IMG/VR virus record: IMGVR_UViG_3300009149_000016
Location: 1-64,000 of that record
Reading direction: 5' to 3' (one strand)
Origin: a virus
Length of the DNA stretch: 64,000 nucleotides
Positions 27,868-37,245 of the stretch are shown one piece after another. The notes beneath the pieces are model-generated. The model was not told the origin of the DNA. It saw only the letters and a list, made by a program, of their open reading frames with translations, and searched no databases. A program made the position numbers and the translations under genes. How positions within the stretch are numbered: position 1 is the stretch's first letter; the number at the start of each line of letters is the position of its first letter.

Positions 27868-28557
27868 ATGGCAAGCCTCAGTGACGTCGAGACCTACATC
27901 CTAGATCACCAACCTGGCACCATCGTGGGCGTTGACGAAGCGGGCCGGGGGCCGTGCGCTGGCGTGCTCGTGGCTGCCGCCGCAGCGGTACCAACCCAAG
28001 GCTGGGAGCCTCACAAGCTCGTCCGAGACTCCAAAAAGCTCAAGCCCCACCAAATGAAGGTCGTCCACGACCACTATGCTGGCGATGACCGGATCGTCAT
28101 CGGGGTTGGGATCGCCACATCGTCCGTCATCGACAAGGTCGGGATCGACAAGGCTCAGGCTTGGGCTCAGGGGGAAGCAATCCGCCGAACCTTCGATCGG
28201 CTCGCCTACAAGCCGTTTGTTGTCGTGGACGGAATCACGCCTCCCGACATCGACTCGACCGCCACCGAGTTTATCATGCTCGTGCCCAAGGCCGACCTTC
28301 TCATCCCGGCAGTGAGCCTCGCCAGCATCTTCGCCAAGTACATACAGCTACAGCGGATGGATGAGCTTCACGAGCGCTTCCCGGTGTATGGTTTCAATGA
28401 GCACCATGGCTACCCCACGAAGCAGCACAAGCAAGCCCTCGCCACACATGGTCCATGCATTGCTCACCGCCGAAGCTACCGCCCCGTTCGGGAAGTGTTG
28501 TCTCGTGAGCAGCGTTTGCCTACCCTGGCAGATCTGGGGTTAGAGGATGCCGACTAA
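27868..28557 (+). CDS. rnhB: Ribonuclease HII
   Basis: GVDEAGRGP, RDSKKL, VVDG, KAD, ASIFAK, HGYPT..H, HRRSY. Confidence 0.95.
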   Translation: MASLSDVETYILDHQPGTIVGVDEAGRGPCAGVLVAAAAAVPTQGWEPHKLVRDSKKLKPHQMKVVHDHYAGDDRIVIGVGIATSSVIDKVGIDKAQAWAQGEAIRRTFDRLAYKPFVVVDGITPPDIDSTATEFIMLVPKADLLIPAVSLASIFAKYIQLQRMDELHERFPVYGFNEHHGYPTKQHKQALATHGPCIAHRRSYRPVREVLSREQRLPTLADLGLEDAD

Positions 28558-29032
28558 AGACGACCTTGTTGCTGCCTTCCGGGAGCTAGACAGTATTCCT
28601 CTCCCCTCCCGGCACAATGAAACAGCCGAAGAGGATGAAAACGGCGTGGTCACCCTCCGAGACAGGGAAGGTGTCCCCACCATGATGATGGGCCGTCACG
28701 ACTTCGACGAATTTCGCAACTGGCATCAAGATGGTCCCCCTCAAATGCTCGTGCCAAACTACAGCCAAATGGAAATGCGGATCGCTGCGCACTACGGCAT
28801 GTTCCCTAGACCAGCGCTGCCCAAGCCGCTGCCCACGTTCTATCGAGGGCTTACGAGCTTGATTGCCCTTCGCTATGGCTACGGGCCGCTCGAAGTCGAA
28901 GAATCTACCGCCGACATCCATGAGGCAACCATGGGGGCACTTTATCCCCACCCGCTCACGGCCAGAGCCGGACGCCGCCAATCCATGGCAGCGAACTTCG
29001 CCATGATCTACGGTGGGCGCATCCCCCGATGA
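28547..29032 (+). CDS. Degenerate family A DNA polymerase-like fragment
   Basis: NYSQMEMRIAAH (motif A-like), DIHEAT, RRQSMAANFAMIYGG (motif B-like). Confidence 0.6.
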   Translation: MPTKDDLVAAFRELDSIPLPSRHNETAEEDENGVVTLRDREGVPTMMMGRHDFDEFRNWHQDGPPQMLVPNYSQMEMRIAAHYGMFPRPALPKPLPTFYRGLTSLIALRYGYGPLEVEESTADIHEATMGALYPHPLTARAGRRQSMAANFAMIYGGRIPR

Positions 29033-29844
29033 CTCGTAAAGTCTGGTTGAGTCTGGATTGGGATTTTTTCTGTCGAGAAGAGCCCGAATGGGACTGGGGA
29101 CACTCCGAAGACGGCAACATCTACCAAACGATTGCTTGGAACATCCGAGCCACCACAGCGCTCGCCCGGGGGATTGATCTACGCAAAGAGACAAGCCTTC
29201 AGCATTCCAAGCCCGCCCCGGCGCGCTTCTGGCGATCCCTAGAGCGGCTTGGGTTCAACTTTGATCGCGTTCTTGGACTGGGGATCGCTGATTCTCACCG
29301 GCATGCCTACCGATTCTTCAAGGAATTGCCTGACGCACAGGCCACACAGATCGTCCACATCGATGCTCACCACGACCTGTTCTATTCGGTCCCGAGCCTC
29401 AAACACAGCGATGAGAACGATGACCCCCGGTGCGATGACTGGCATCTTCTCACCTTGCTTCGTGGTAAACTACGGTCTCTCGTGGTCTATCCTCAGTGGA
29501 AGGGCCTGTGCGAATGGGAGGATTTGTTGGAAACCATCACCAGCGTTGACACCCAAAGCTCTTGGGCAACCGCCAGAATGCTTCAAAAGATAGTCGACAC
29601 TTGTGTTTGGGGCGACCCGCACGTCCCTGCCGTAGCTGGCGAGGTTGAGGGAATCTTCATTTGCCGAAGTGGCGCTTGGGTACCCCCCTGGCACGACCTT
29701 GCTTTCAACCGATTCGTTCAGGCTGCCGAAGACATTGCCGGGGAGGATTCGGTCGTGTACGGTGAGGATCCTCGCATTCGTAGACCCTTCAACTGGCGAA
29801 GCGTTCAGCATTTCGCAGATAAAATGCGGCAGGAGTTGGGATGA
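29029..29844 (+). CDS. Arginase/UPF0489-like metallohydrolase
   Basis: LSLDWDFF, DSH, HIDAHHD, ICRS.W.PP. Confidence 0.6.
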   Translation: MTRKVWLSLDWDFFCREEPEWDWGHSEDGNIYQTIAWNIRATTALARGIDLRKETSLQHSKPAPARFWRSLERLGFNFDRVLGLGIADSHRHAYRFFKELPDAQATQIVHIDAHHDLFYSVPSLKHSDENDDPRCDDWHLLTLLRGKLRSLVVYPQWKGLCEWEDLLETITSVDTQSSWATARMLQKIVDTCVWGDPHVPAVAGEVEGIFICRSGAWVPPWHDLAFNRFVQAAEDIAGEDSVVYGEDPRIRRPFNWRSVQHFADKMRQELG

Positions 29845-30635
29845 CCGCACGGCCTTTCATCCGGTGGGTTGGAGGAAAAGCACACCTGGCTGTGGACATC
29901 GGAGCGCAAATCCGTTGTCGGAGGATCAGGACGTATTACGAGCCCTTCGTGGGTGGGGGAGCAATGTTCTTCCACCTCATGCAGCAACGCACCATTCAAC
30001 TGGCAGTCCTTGGGGACTCCAGCCGGGAACTCATCACCCTGTACCGGGTCGTACGAGACTTCCCCGCCGACCTGATCATTGCCCTTCGCCGGTTGAAGGA
30101 AGAGTACAAGACCGACCCTGAAGATGTCTACTACCGGTGGCGAGCGAACATTCCAGACGGGCCCATCAACCAGGCGGCTCGCACCATCGCCCTGAACAAG
30201 ACGTGTTTCAATGGCCTGTACCGCCTCAACCGGCTTGGCAAGTTCAACGTCTCGCACGGTCGATTCAAGAATCCCAAGATCGTCGACGAAGAAAACATCC
30301 TCACAAGCTCCGAGCTTCTCCGGTCCGGAACCCGGCTCGTGCATGCGGATTTCGCTCAGACTGTAAGGAACGCCGGGGATGGAGACGTCGTTTACCTCGA
30401 CCCGCCTTTCGTCTCGGATTGGCAGCAATTCTCCAACGGTGATTTCTACCGTCTGGACGTATGCTTTCGGGAATTGGTCAAGCGAGGGGCGATCGTCATC
30501 CTTACGACCAACACCCACGACATCACCCGGCGCCTGTTCGCTGAGTGGAACATCCTCGAAGTCGATTCCCGCCAGAGCCTCAAAGCCGGCCAAGAACCAA
30601 CCAAAGAACTCATCATCGTGGGGTACCCCGAATGA
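29841..30635 (+). CDS. dam: DNA adenine methyltransferase (Dam/D12 class)
   Basis: RWVGGK, YYEPFVGGGA, NKTCFNGLYRLN..G.FNV, YLDPPF. Confidence 0.9.
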   Translation: MTARPFIRWVGGKAHLAVDIGAQIRCRRIRTYYEPFVGGGAMFFHLMQQRTIQLAVLGDSSRELITLYRVVRDFPADLIIALRRLKEEYKTDPEDVYYRWRANIPDGPINQAARTIALNKTCFNGLYRLNRLGKFNVSHGRFKNPKIVDEENILTSSELLRSGTRLVHADFAQTVRNAGDGDVVYLDPPFVSDWQQFSNGDFYRLDVCFRELVKRGAIVILTTNTHDITRRLFAEWNILEVDSRQSLKAGQEPTKELIIVGYPE

Positions 30636-30853
30636 AGATTCACCAGATTAAGCAATCCATGCTCGACGGGCTGATAGGGTTTGACGCCTTCGAAGCCAAA
30701 CGCCAGGTCGAAGAGCTTGGGCTCATCGGCTACATCGTCTCGGCCAACCAGCCCATCACCCTGGACGCCAAGCCGAACACGGTTGTGCTGTGGACGAACA
30801 AGGGTATGGTCTCACTCGCCACGGCAGGGGACCCCCTTCAAATCGTGCCGTGA
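30632..30853 (+). CDS. Hypothetical protein
   Basis: ATGA overlap. Confidence 0.55.
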   Translation: MKIHQIKQSMLDGLIGFDAFEAKRQVEELGLIGYIVSANQPITLDAKPNTVVLWTNKGMVSLATAGDPLQIVP

Positions 30854-31146
30854 GCGATAAGTGGAGCCAGCGCTTTGAAGCCTCTCGGCGTCGGCTAGCG
30901 CTCAAAGAGCGCGCCATCGCTCACATGGGGGGCAAGTGCCGCATCTGCGGGTATGCTCGGTGCCCCGCCGCTCTCGACTTTCACCACATCGAAGACACGG
31001 ACAAGGAATTCTCGATCTCGTCCAAGATGTCGTGGGTGAAGATCAAGCCCGAACTTGCCAAATGCGTGATGGTCTGCGCCAACTGCCACCGGGAGATACA
31101 TGCCGGATGGCACCCAGAGTGGCTACCTGACGACGGGCGAAGCTAG
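30850..31146 (+). CDS. HNH endonuclease
   Basis: GGKCRICGY..ALDFHH..KC.MVCANCHREIH. Confidence 0.85.
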   Translation: MSDKWSQRFEASRRRLALKERAIAHMGGKCRICGYARCPAALDFHHIEDTDKEFSISSKMSWVKIKPELAKCVMVCANCHREIHAGWHPEWLPDDGRS

Positions 31147-32672
31147 AGCCGCCTCAGATCGTAGACAACGAACTCTCGGTCAGAGAGCTTGACGGGTGAC
31201 TTCTGAATCAAGGATCTGCCCGCCGAAAGAGGAACGATCTTGGCGTCTCGCAAAACGACATCCCGATCCCAATAGACTTCCTCCACATGCGCCCCCTTGG
31301 GCACCGTGGGGGTTCGGAACACGATGGCGACGATTGGGTCGGAACCCTTGTTCTTGCTTCTCGTGTGAGTAAACTGAACACCCGGCAAGTAGGTGCCGAA
31401 GATGGTGCTCACGGCATAAACCTCATCGGGGCCAAACTTTTGGTAGGGGGGCTTCATAAGCAACTTGCCCGCCTCCATGACCTGATTTGCCCGAGAGAGC
31501 GTCGTGAAGTGTATGAACCGATCCAGCTTCAGCGGCGCTAGATAGATCCCGTCCTTCACATAGGTGAGGGGGGCTTTTGAGGTGTCTTCCTCCGGTTGGA
31601 AGTCGTGGCCGCACCTCTCGCATTCAGCCCCGTCAGAATCAAGGTAGATTTCCTTCGACCCGCACTGGGGGCAAATCAGCTTTGCTACCAAAACCCGGGC
31701 TAGTCGAACCCCTGGCAGCACCCCACGAAGCCACTGCATGGCCCGCTCAGGAAGGCTTCGGGGCCCATAAGCCACAAGATAGCCAATGGCTTCAGGAAAC
31801 GCTTCCTCTGGGGATGTCTTGCCGTACAGGCTGATACCCTCACCAAGCTGTGCCCAGGCTCGTGCTGCCTCCGTGTGTAATTTCTTCTCGTAAATCCAAT
31901 GGCCCATCTCGTGTGCCAAGATGTGAACAGCCTGGGGGACGGAAGCCCGCAAGAACTTAGGGACGCTGATCTGGATCCGCCCCCGGTGAAGCCTGCCGAT
32001 CCAATTGCCCGCCGCTCTGTCAAACCGAAGCTCGAACGGCAGTTGCCACTGAAGCATCCGGGGAAACGCACGACTGACCGCTCGCCGGTACTTACGCAAG
32101 ATCACTTCGATCTTGCCATAGGCTTTGGCATCGGCTTTCGGGTCAAACCCAACGAGCAGCGTATTGAAGCCCTCAATTTCCCTTCGAACAGGCTCCGAGG
32201 TGGGCTCCTCGAAACGTTCTTCCCACGCAAGACCATCTTCAAGTACACTCAGGGCGTCAACCCCCGCCGTCTGAAGATCGTTGACCCAATCATCCACTTG
32301 GTCTTCGAAAGCAGCGAATTCTTCCTCTTCGTCCGAGTCCTCTGCGTACTCACCACCCCAAAGCGCTGGCTCTTGGATGGGCAACTCCAAAAGCTGGAAG
32401 ATCTCCGTTCCGGCAGAAAGGAGCATGTCGCGCATGTCGCCAAGCTCTTCATCCCCTTGGTAACGCTCTTGGAGAGACTTGGCTGTCGCTTTGAAGCGGG
32501 CGAGCAAGCGATCTCGAAAGACGTCCAGAGCGTCCTTGATCTGCATGGCTTGCTCGTAGTCTTTGGCCCCCTGCACGAGCCGCACGAGTCGTGACAGATC
32601 GCCAAGCCAATCCTCGGAAGCTGTTTGGACCCACCGTTGGGCCACCCGAAGCGCCATTTGCCGATCCGACAT
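31143..32672 (-). CDS. Multidomain protein: tag B, zincin metallopeptidase, Zn ribbon, C-terminal enzyme-like domain
   Basis: N-terminal MALRVAQRW; HEMGH..YGKTSPEEAFPE; CPQC..CERC; FIHFT. Confidence 0.7.
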   Translation of the reverse strand: MSDRQMALRVAQRWVQTASEDWLGDLSRLVRLVQGAKDYEQAMQIKDALDVFRDRLLARFKATAKSLQERYQGDEELGDMRDMLLSAGTEIFQLLELPIQEPALWGGEYAEDSDEEEEFAAFEDQVDDWVNDLQTAGVDALSVLEDGLAWEERFEEPTSEPVRREIEGFNTLLVGFDPKADAKAYGKIEVILRKYRRAVSRAFPRMLQWQLPFELRFDRAAGNWIGRLHRGRIQISVPKFLRASVPQAVHILAHEMGHWIYEKKLHTEAARAWAQLGEGISLYGKTSPEEAFPEAIGYLVAYGPRSLPERAMQWLRGVLPGVRLARVLVAKLICPQCGSKEIYLDSDGAECERCGHDFQPEEDTSKAPLTYVKDGIYLAPLKLDRFIHFTTLSRANQVMEAGKLLMKPPYQKFGPDEVYAVSTIFGTYLPGVQFTHTRSKNKGSDPIVAIVFRTPTVPKGAHVEEVYWDRDVVLRDAKIVPLSAGRSLIQKSPVKLSDREFVVYDLRRL

Positions 32673-32673
32673 C

Positions 32674-33690
32674 CTACTTGACCTTGCCGCCCTGCATGAA
32701 GTCCTCTTCCAGCCCGGGCACAAGGTACTGACTCCGAAGCGTGGAAGGCTCGTGGCCGACTGCCCCGGCTGTCTCCTCAAGCGCCTTGGCGAACTCGTCC
32801 TTCAGTTTCTTCTCACGCTTCTTTGGGTCGCTGGGCAGCGTGCCCTTGCGGTTGGCCTTGAGGCGCTCTCGCATCTCTCGGTTCGCATGGAACCCTCGCA
32901 AGTCCTTGGCTGTGACGCCGAATTCCTTCAGGTAGGCGTTGATATCCCCTGCCACCACATCACCGAACAGTTCCTCTGACTCGGCGCCGTCGTAGGCCGA
33001 CTTGAGCGCCTTGACGAGCTTGCTGTCCGTGACGGTCTTGTGTTGCTCGACGCCGGACTTGCCGATGTACTTGACCGTCGCACTGCCACCACTGAACGTG
33101 ACGTGCTTCTTTCGCCATTCCGAAACACCGAAGTGTCCGTCTTTGGCTGAACCCGGGTTGCCAATGCGCTCGAAGGTCGCGTCGATGAGCCCAACGATCA
33201 AAGCCGCTTTGGAAGTGCTGAGATCCTTGTTGACCTTCGACCGAAGCTTGCCGATGGCCTTTTCGAGCTTGGCGAGCCGCTCGGCCTTCTTTCGGTTGCG
33301 GTCGGCTACCTGACGATCGCTGTACTCGTAGACGGTCATTTCATCGCCGTCTTGCGTCTTGACCTTCTTTTTGTTCTGGTAACGCGCTGCGACACGCTCG
33401 GCCATGGAGGCTGAGAACGGAACCCGGTCGTAAGAGTCCTCGAAGTCTTCGCAGGTCTCTTGGGCTTTTTCCCTCAACCGCTCTAGCTTACGCTTTTCCT
33501 TGGTCGCCCGTTCTTGCTCCCTGTACCAAGCGGTCTCGTACTGGTCCTGCTTTTTATCGCAGTCCTTTTCGAGCTTTGCCTTCTCCCGCTGGTCTTTCTC
33601 CCACTCTCGAATCGCCTTGGAGAGTTCATTGAAGGCGTTGTCCTGAAGCCATTCCTCGCTCTCACCCGGATGCTCTTCCAGGTACTCCAT
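32674..33690 (-). CDS. DNA topoisomerase IB-like protein, preceded by tag B (MAERVAARY)
   Basis: ERIGN, YIGKSG, TAKDLR, VGH..STLRSQY catalytic motifs; in frame with the upstream ORF across a single TAG. Confidence 0.85.
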   Translation of the reverse strand: MEYLEEHPGESEEWLQDNAFNELSKAIREWEKDQREKAKLEKDCDKKQDQYETAWYREQERATKEKRKLERLREKAQETCEDFEDSYDRVPFSASMAERVAARYQNKKKVKTQDGDEMTVYEYSDRQVADRNRKKAERLAKLEKAIGKLRSKVNKDLSTSKAALIVGLIDATFERIGNPGSAKDGHFGVSEWRKKHVTFSGGSATVKYIGKSGVEQHKTVTDSKLVKALKSAYDGAESEELFGDVVAGDINAYLKEFGVTAKDLRGFHANREMRERLKANRKGTLPSDPKKREKKLKDEFAKALEETAGAVGHEPSTLRSQYLVPGLEEDFMQGGKVK

Positions 33691-33744
33691 GAACTGTTCG
33701 GCCCGCTGATCGGGAGTGCCCTTGAACTTGTTCTTGAGCTTGTT

Positions 33745-34752
33745 CTAAGCGTGGGTGTACTCAGGCGGGATGTTGTTCAGCGCCCGCTCGTCATTTTCCT
33801 TCCGGCGCTGCCAACCAAGCTGCTGAGGGGACAGTTTGGCTTGGAAGCGAGACGCCACACGTTCGGCCATGATGTCGCTGAGAATGCGGTCTGACATTGC
33901 TTTGCTCCGATCTCGAACCTCTGCGAGCATCTTGGGGTCGGCATTGCGACCAATCTCTTCCAATTCCTCCCGAGTTGTAATCCGGGCGATCTTGGAGGCA
34001 AACTTTTGCAAGTCCTTGAAAGTCATGAAGCGTGCGGGGCCGGCTGCCTCGTGTTCCTCGACCTTGTTGCTCACCTCGTTGGGGGGTGAGGCCAAACACC
34101 AGTTCCAAAACTCAGGGGTGTCGCAGAACTTGCACGAGGTACCGGCTTCCTGCCAATCCTTCGAACCCGGCGCATAGCCCCAACTGAGGCCGAAGCGCCA
34201 AGCAAGGGTGTTGAGGCACCGCTCACAAGACCGGGCGGAAGCGATGATTGCATCCCCAAAGGGCAGCATGGGGGGCTTGCCGGCACGCTCAGTGGCTGTT
34301 TGAAACTCGTGGGGGGTAGGACGCACCATAGCGAGCACAAGGTCAGGAGAGTAGCCTGAGTGCCCCGTCATGACGTTGTCGAAACCGTGCGCTTCCCACT
34401 TCGTAGGCCACGGGGTGCCAATATCATGAAGCTGCGAACCCCCACACTCGACGCACTTGCGGCCTTCGAGGTGATCTTCCCACCCGTAGGTTGGAAGCAC
34501 CTTGGTATGGGGGCATCCTTCGACGACGCTGGGAAGAATCCGCTTCCTGACGTTCTCGGTCAACGTCATGGGGTCTTGGCTGATATAATAGGGGAAGGAA
34601 TCGGGAGGCTTGTCCTCCCAGGTGTCGACCTTGCCAGGGTCCCCATCACCCGGAATCCACTGCTCCCCTTCCTGATTCTCGTACCACATGGTCGGGAAAG
34701 GCGGTCGGATCGCGATCAAATATCGTGTGGCAATGCGCAGAGCGAGCGACAT
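33745..34752 (-). CDS. Cys-rich hypothetical protein with two tag B copies
   Basis: MSLALRIATRY at the N-terminus and internal MAERVASRF. Confidence 0.7.
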   Translation of the reverse strand: MSLALRIATRYLIAIRPPFPTMWYENQEGEQWIPGDGDPGKVDTWEDKPPDSFPYYISQDPMTLTENVRKRILPSVVEGCPHTKVLPTYGWEDHLEGRKCVECGGSQLHDIGTPWPTKWEAHGFDNVMTGHSGYSPDLVLAMVRPTPHEFQTATERAGKPPMLPFGDAIIASARSCERCLNTLAWRFGLSWGYAPGSKDWQEAGTSCKFCDTPEFWNWCLASPPNEVSNKVEEHEAAGPARFMTFKDLQKFASKIARITTREELEEIGRNADPKMLAEVRDRSKAMSDRILSDIMAERVASRFQAKLSPQQLGWQRRKENDERALNNIPPEYTHA

Positions 34753-34755
34753 TGT

Positions 34756-35157
34756 TCAGCCCGCCTTGATTCGATCTCGAATGATCTGGCGTACGTCGAT
34801 CGGCTGAATCTCGATTTCGGTGGCGAGGCGCAAGTACCACCCGGTCTGCTTTTCGAAGGTGTCGATGAGTGAGTCGGCGTAGATCCCCCGATACTCTTTG
34901 ACTTTCTTGAGCCCCCGGGCCGACCCGTTGAAGAACGTCATATCGTAGGTGTCGTCCCCACGAAGCTCGACTTCACAGATGTTGCCCTTGCTCCGCTGCT
35001 TGTTGGGCCACTTGAACATGACACTTTTGCCGGTCTTTTTGATGACCGACGCGCCAAGCATGGCGAACATGCGTCCACCACCCATTTGCTCCAAGATGGT
35101 TCGGGCAACGTCCGCTTGTTTCAGGTAGCGCTCTGCGACTCGTTCGACGATCGACAT
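34756..35157 (-). CDS. Hypothetical phage protein; N-terminal tag B (IVERVAERY)
   Basis: TILEQMGGGRMFAMLGA..DDTYDM.F resembles a widespread phage domain. Confidence 0.75.
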   Translation of the reverse strand: MSIVERVAERYLKQADVARTILEQMGGGRMFAMLGASVIKKTGKSVMFKWPNKQRSKGNICEVELRGDDTYDMTFFNGSARGLKKVKEYRGIYADSLIDTFEKQTGWYLRLATEIEIQPIDVRQIIRDRIKAG

Positions 35158-35189
35158 GCCTAGCCAACCTTAGAAAAAGAACATCGATT

Positions 35190-35226
35190 GGTGGATTGGA
35201 ACCAGCCTGCCGCCTTAGAAGGGGCA
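35190..35226 (+). promoter_or_regulatory. Class II bipartite promoter-like motif
   Basis: GGTGGATT-N15-CCTTA-GAAGGGGC-A; no adjacent ATG. Confidence 0.7.
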
Positions 35227-35306
35227 CAACAACGCGACTCAACGTCCCGAGTGCTAAAACGAAAGCCCGGGACGTTGCCGTTTAAGGGCTCGGTGTAGAG
35301 GTTATC

Positions 35307-35528
35307 ATGGGTGTTCGAATACTCGAAGGTACGAAAATCAACGACGGACCGAATGCAGGAACCGGCGCCGTGCTGTATTGCTCGACGTCTGGCATCGCCA
35401 TGGCCCCCATGTTCACCGACGGCGTGGAAGCTCAGCGGTTCCTCGACTGGTTCAAGGATGACCCCCGTACCAATGACCATCGCACCTACCAGGAATGGCA
35501 GCGCTGGGTTCGGGAAGGGAAACCTTGA
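35307..35528 (+). CDS. Hypothetical protein
   Basis: GGTGTA-N9-ATG. Confidence 0.7.
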   Translation: MGVRILEGTKINDGPNAGTGAVLYCSTSGIAMAPMFTDGVEAQRFLDWFKDDPRTNDHRTYQEWQRWVREGKP

Positions 35529-35618
35529 CTGACGCGCCCCCGCCACACCATACTGGTCATGCCGATGGGGGATGACCATCGTGCCTAACTGCCCAAGAGG
35601 GCACGAAAGGATACCCCC

Positions 35619-35936
35619 ATGGTCAATATCACAATTGGACGTTTCGAAGATGATCCCGAAGCTCAGGGAGTCGTTCGCCCTGAAGACGGCCGGTGGCAAC
35701 TCGTCATCGACAAGGACGGCTACCCCCACCTGTACATCCAAGTCAACATTGAGCATGAGGGAAGCAAGGGCAAAGGTTTGCTCTGCATCGACGACATGCT
35801 TCATGGGAAGATGTCCATTCGGGATCTCATGGATGGTGGCGAAGCATTCGGGATCCCCACCCCCGAAGACGAAGCGGCGGCGTACCAAGAATTCTTGGAC
35901 GACCGAAAGGCCAATCCGATTCCTTGCCCTCGATAG
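35619..35936 (+). CDS. Hypothetical protein
   Basis: AAGGA SD. Confidence 0.7.
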   Translation: MVNITIGRFEDDPEAQGVVRPEDGRWQLVIDKDGYPHLYIQVNIEHEGSKGKGLLCIDDMLHGKMSIRDLMDGGEAFGIPTPEDEAAAYQEFLDDRKANPIPCPR

Positions 35937-35953
35937 TCGGTGTAAAGCCCCTC

Positions 35954-36289
35954 ATGGGAAAGAAGGACTTCGAACAGATCAAAAAAGATGGCGGTTACCA
36001 CCCTCGTCTCGGCGACAAGATCCTTGAGGACAAGACCAAGATCGAATGCCTATGGCCGGACGGCTCCATCACGAGGCACAAGTGCCGGGTCGTGTCCGTG
36101 ACCGTTCACGTCGACCACCTGGGACGGTACCCGGGCGACGGCTGGACTTCGAAAGAGAATCGAGATCGAGCCTACATCACCATCGAGCACAACGGGTTGA
36201 AGCTTGACGTTCCCCTCACCGACGAAGGGATCAAGTGCCGGCGAGCCCCTAAGAAGTCCGAAGCCTCCACCCAGTGGGAAAGACTCTAG
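35954..36289 (+). CDS. Hypothetical protein, tag A (STQWERL*)
   Basis: GGTGTA-N9-ATG. Confidence 0.7.
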   Translation: MGKKDFEQIKKDGGYHPRLGDKILEDKTKIECLWPDGSITRHKCRVVSVTVHVDHLGRYPGDGWTSKENRDRAYITIEHNGLKLDVPLTDEGIKCRRAPKKSEASTQWERL

Positions 36290-37245
36290 TCCTTGGGCAA
36301 AACCCAGCCACCCTCGAACATGTCGAGGATCTCAATGAACATGTCATAGGGGTTCTTCCCCTCGTGGTTCACGAGGGTGTTGAAGCCTGCCGCCGCCGTG
36401 TGACCCCCACCCCCGGGAAACATCTTGGCGAGCGCCTTACAGTCGAAACCCGTGTGGCTCCGTGTCGAGTAGATGATCTTGCGCTCACCACCCTCGACGA
36501 ACATGTTGAAGCCCACGACCAAATCGGCATCCTTGTCGATAAGCTCGGCGGCATCGCTCGACGAACGCGTTCCTTCAAACAAGACAACCTTCGTGCCCTT
36601 CTCGCTCTTGGTGCGCCACGCCTCCCGCACCTTGCGAAGGATGCTCTCGTTCCAATCATCGTCGATGAATGCTGGAAGCGTTCCATTGAGAAGGTCGATT
36701 GCCTCGGCCAGGTCGATCGACATCCAAAAGTCCCGGGGCAAACGCATGAGAGTTTGCGCCTGCTTTTTTGCCAAAAACCAATCCGGTGATTTCGTCTGCC
36801 AGGTGTCCCGGATCCCTGCAAGCTCAGCGAACCGGCTCACCTCTTGCTCGCCGACCATTTTGCCCAGACGCTTGATTCGATAGACTGACGGTTGCCAGAT
36901 GTGACGGAAAGCCAGCACGGCCCCGCTCACCCCTGGCTCTTCTTTCTCGTCGGCGTAGACCCCCCGCTCACCGAACGCCGCAACCACGTCTTTGGCACCC
37001 TTGTGGTGGTCGAGACAGAACGCGCCACCGTCGATGAATTCCTGGTACCGGCTGTGGTGGGGGGAGAAATCGACGAACGTCAGACCCTCCTGCACCACCA
37101 TATTTTCGTGCTCTGGTGTGTTGTACTGCATGAATTCGATTGGGACGCTCGGCAACGCGTCTCGCACGATCATGGCAGAGGCAATACCGTCAGGGCAGTT
37201 GGCGTGAGAAACGACCTTGGTGATCTTCTCAACTGGGATTGTCAT
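36286..37245 (-). CDS. DHH/DHHA1 phosphoesterase
   Basis: HANCPDG, VDFS, LDHH, YSTRS, GGGHTAAAG. Confidence 0.9.
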   Translation of the reverse strand: MTIPVEKITKVVSHANCPDGIASAMIVRDALPSVPIEFMQYNTPEHENMVVQEGLTFVDFSPHHSRYQEFIDGGAFCLDHHKGAKDVVAAFGERGVYADEKEEPGVSGAVLAFRHIWQPSVYRIKRLGKMVGEQEVSRFAELAGIRDTWQTKSPDWFLAKKQAQTLMRLPRDFWMSIDLAEAIDLLNGTLPAFIDDDWNESILRKVREAWRTKSEKGTKVVLFEGTRSSSDAAELIDKDADLVVGFNMFVEGGERKIIYSTRSHTGFDCKALAKMFPGGGGHTAAAGFNTLVNHEGKNPYDMFIEILDMFEGGWVLPKD

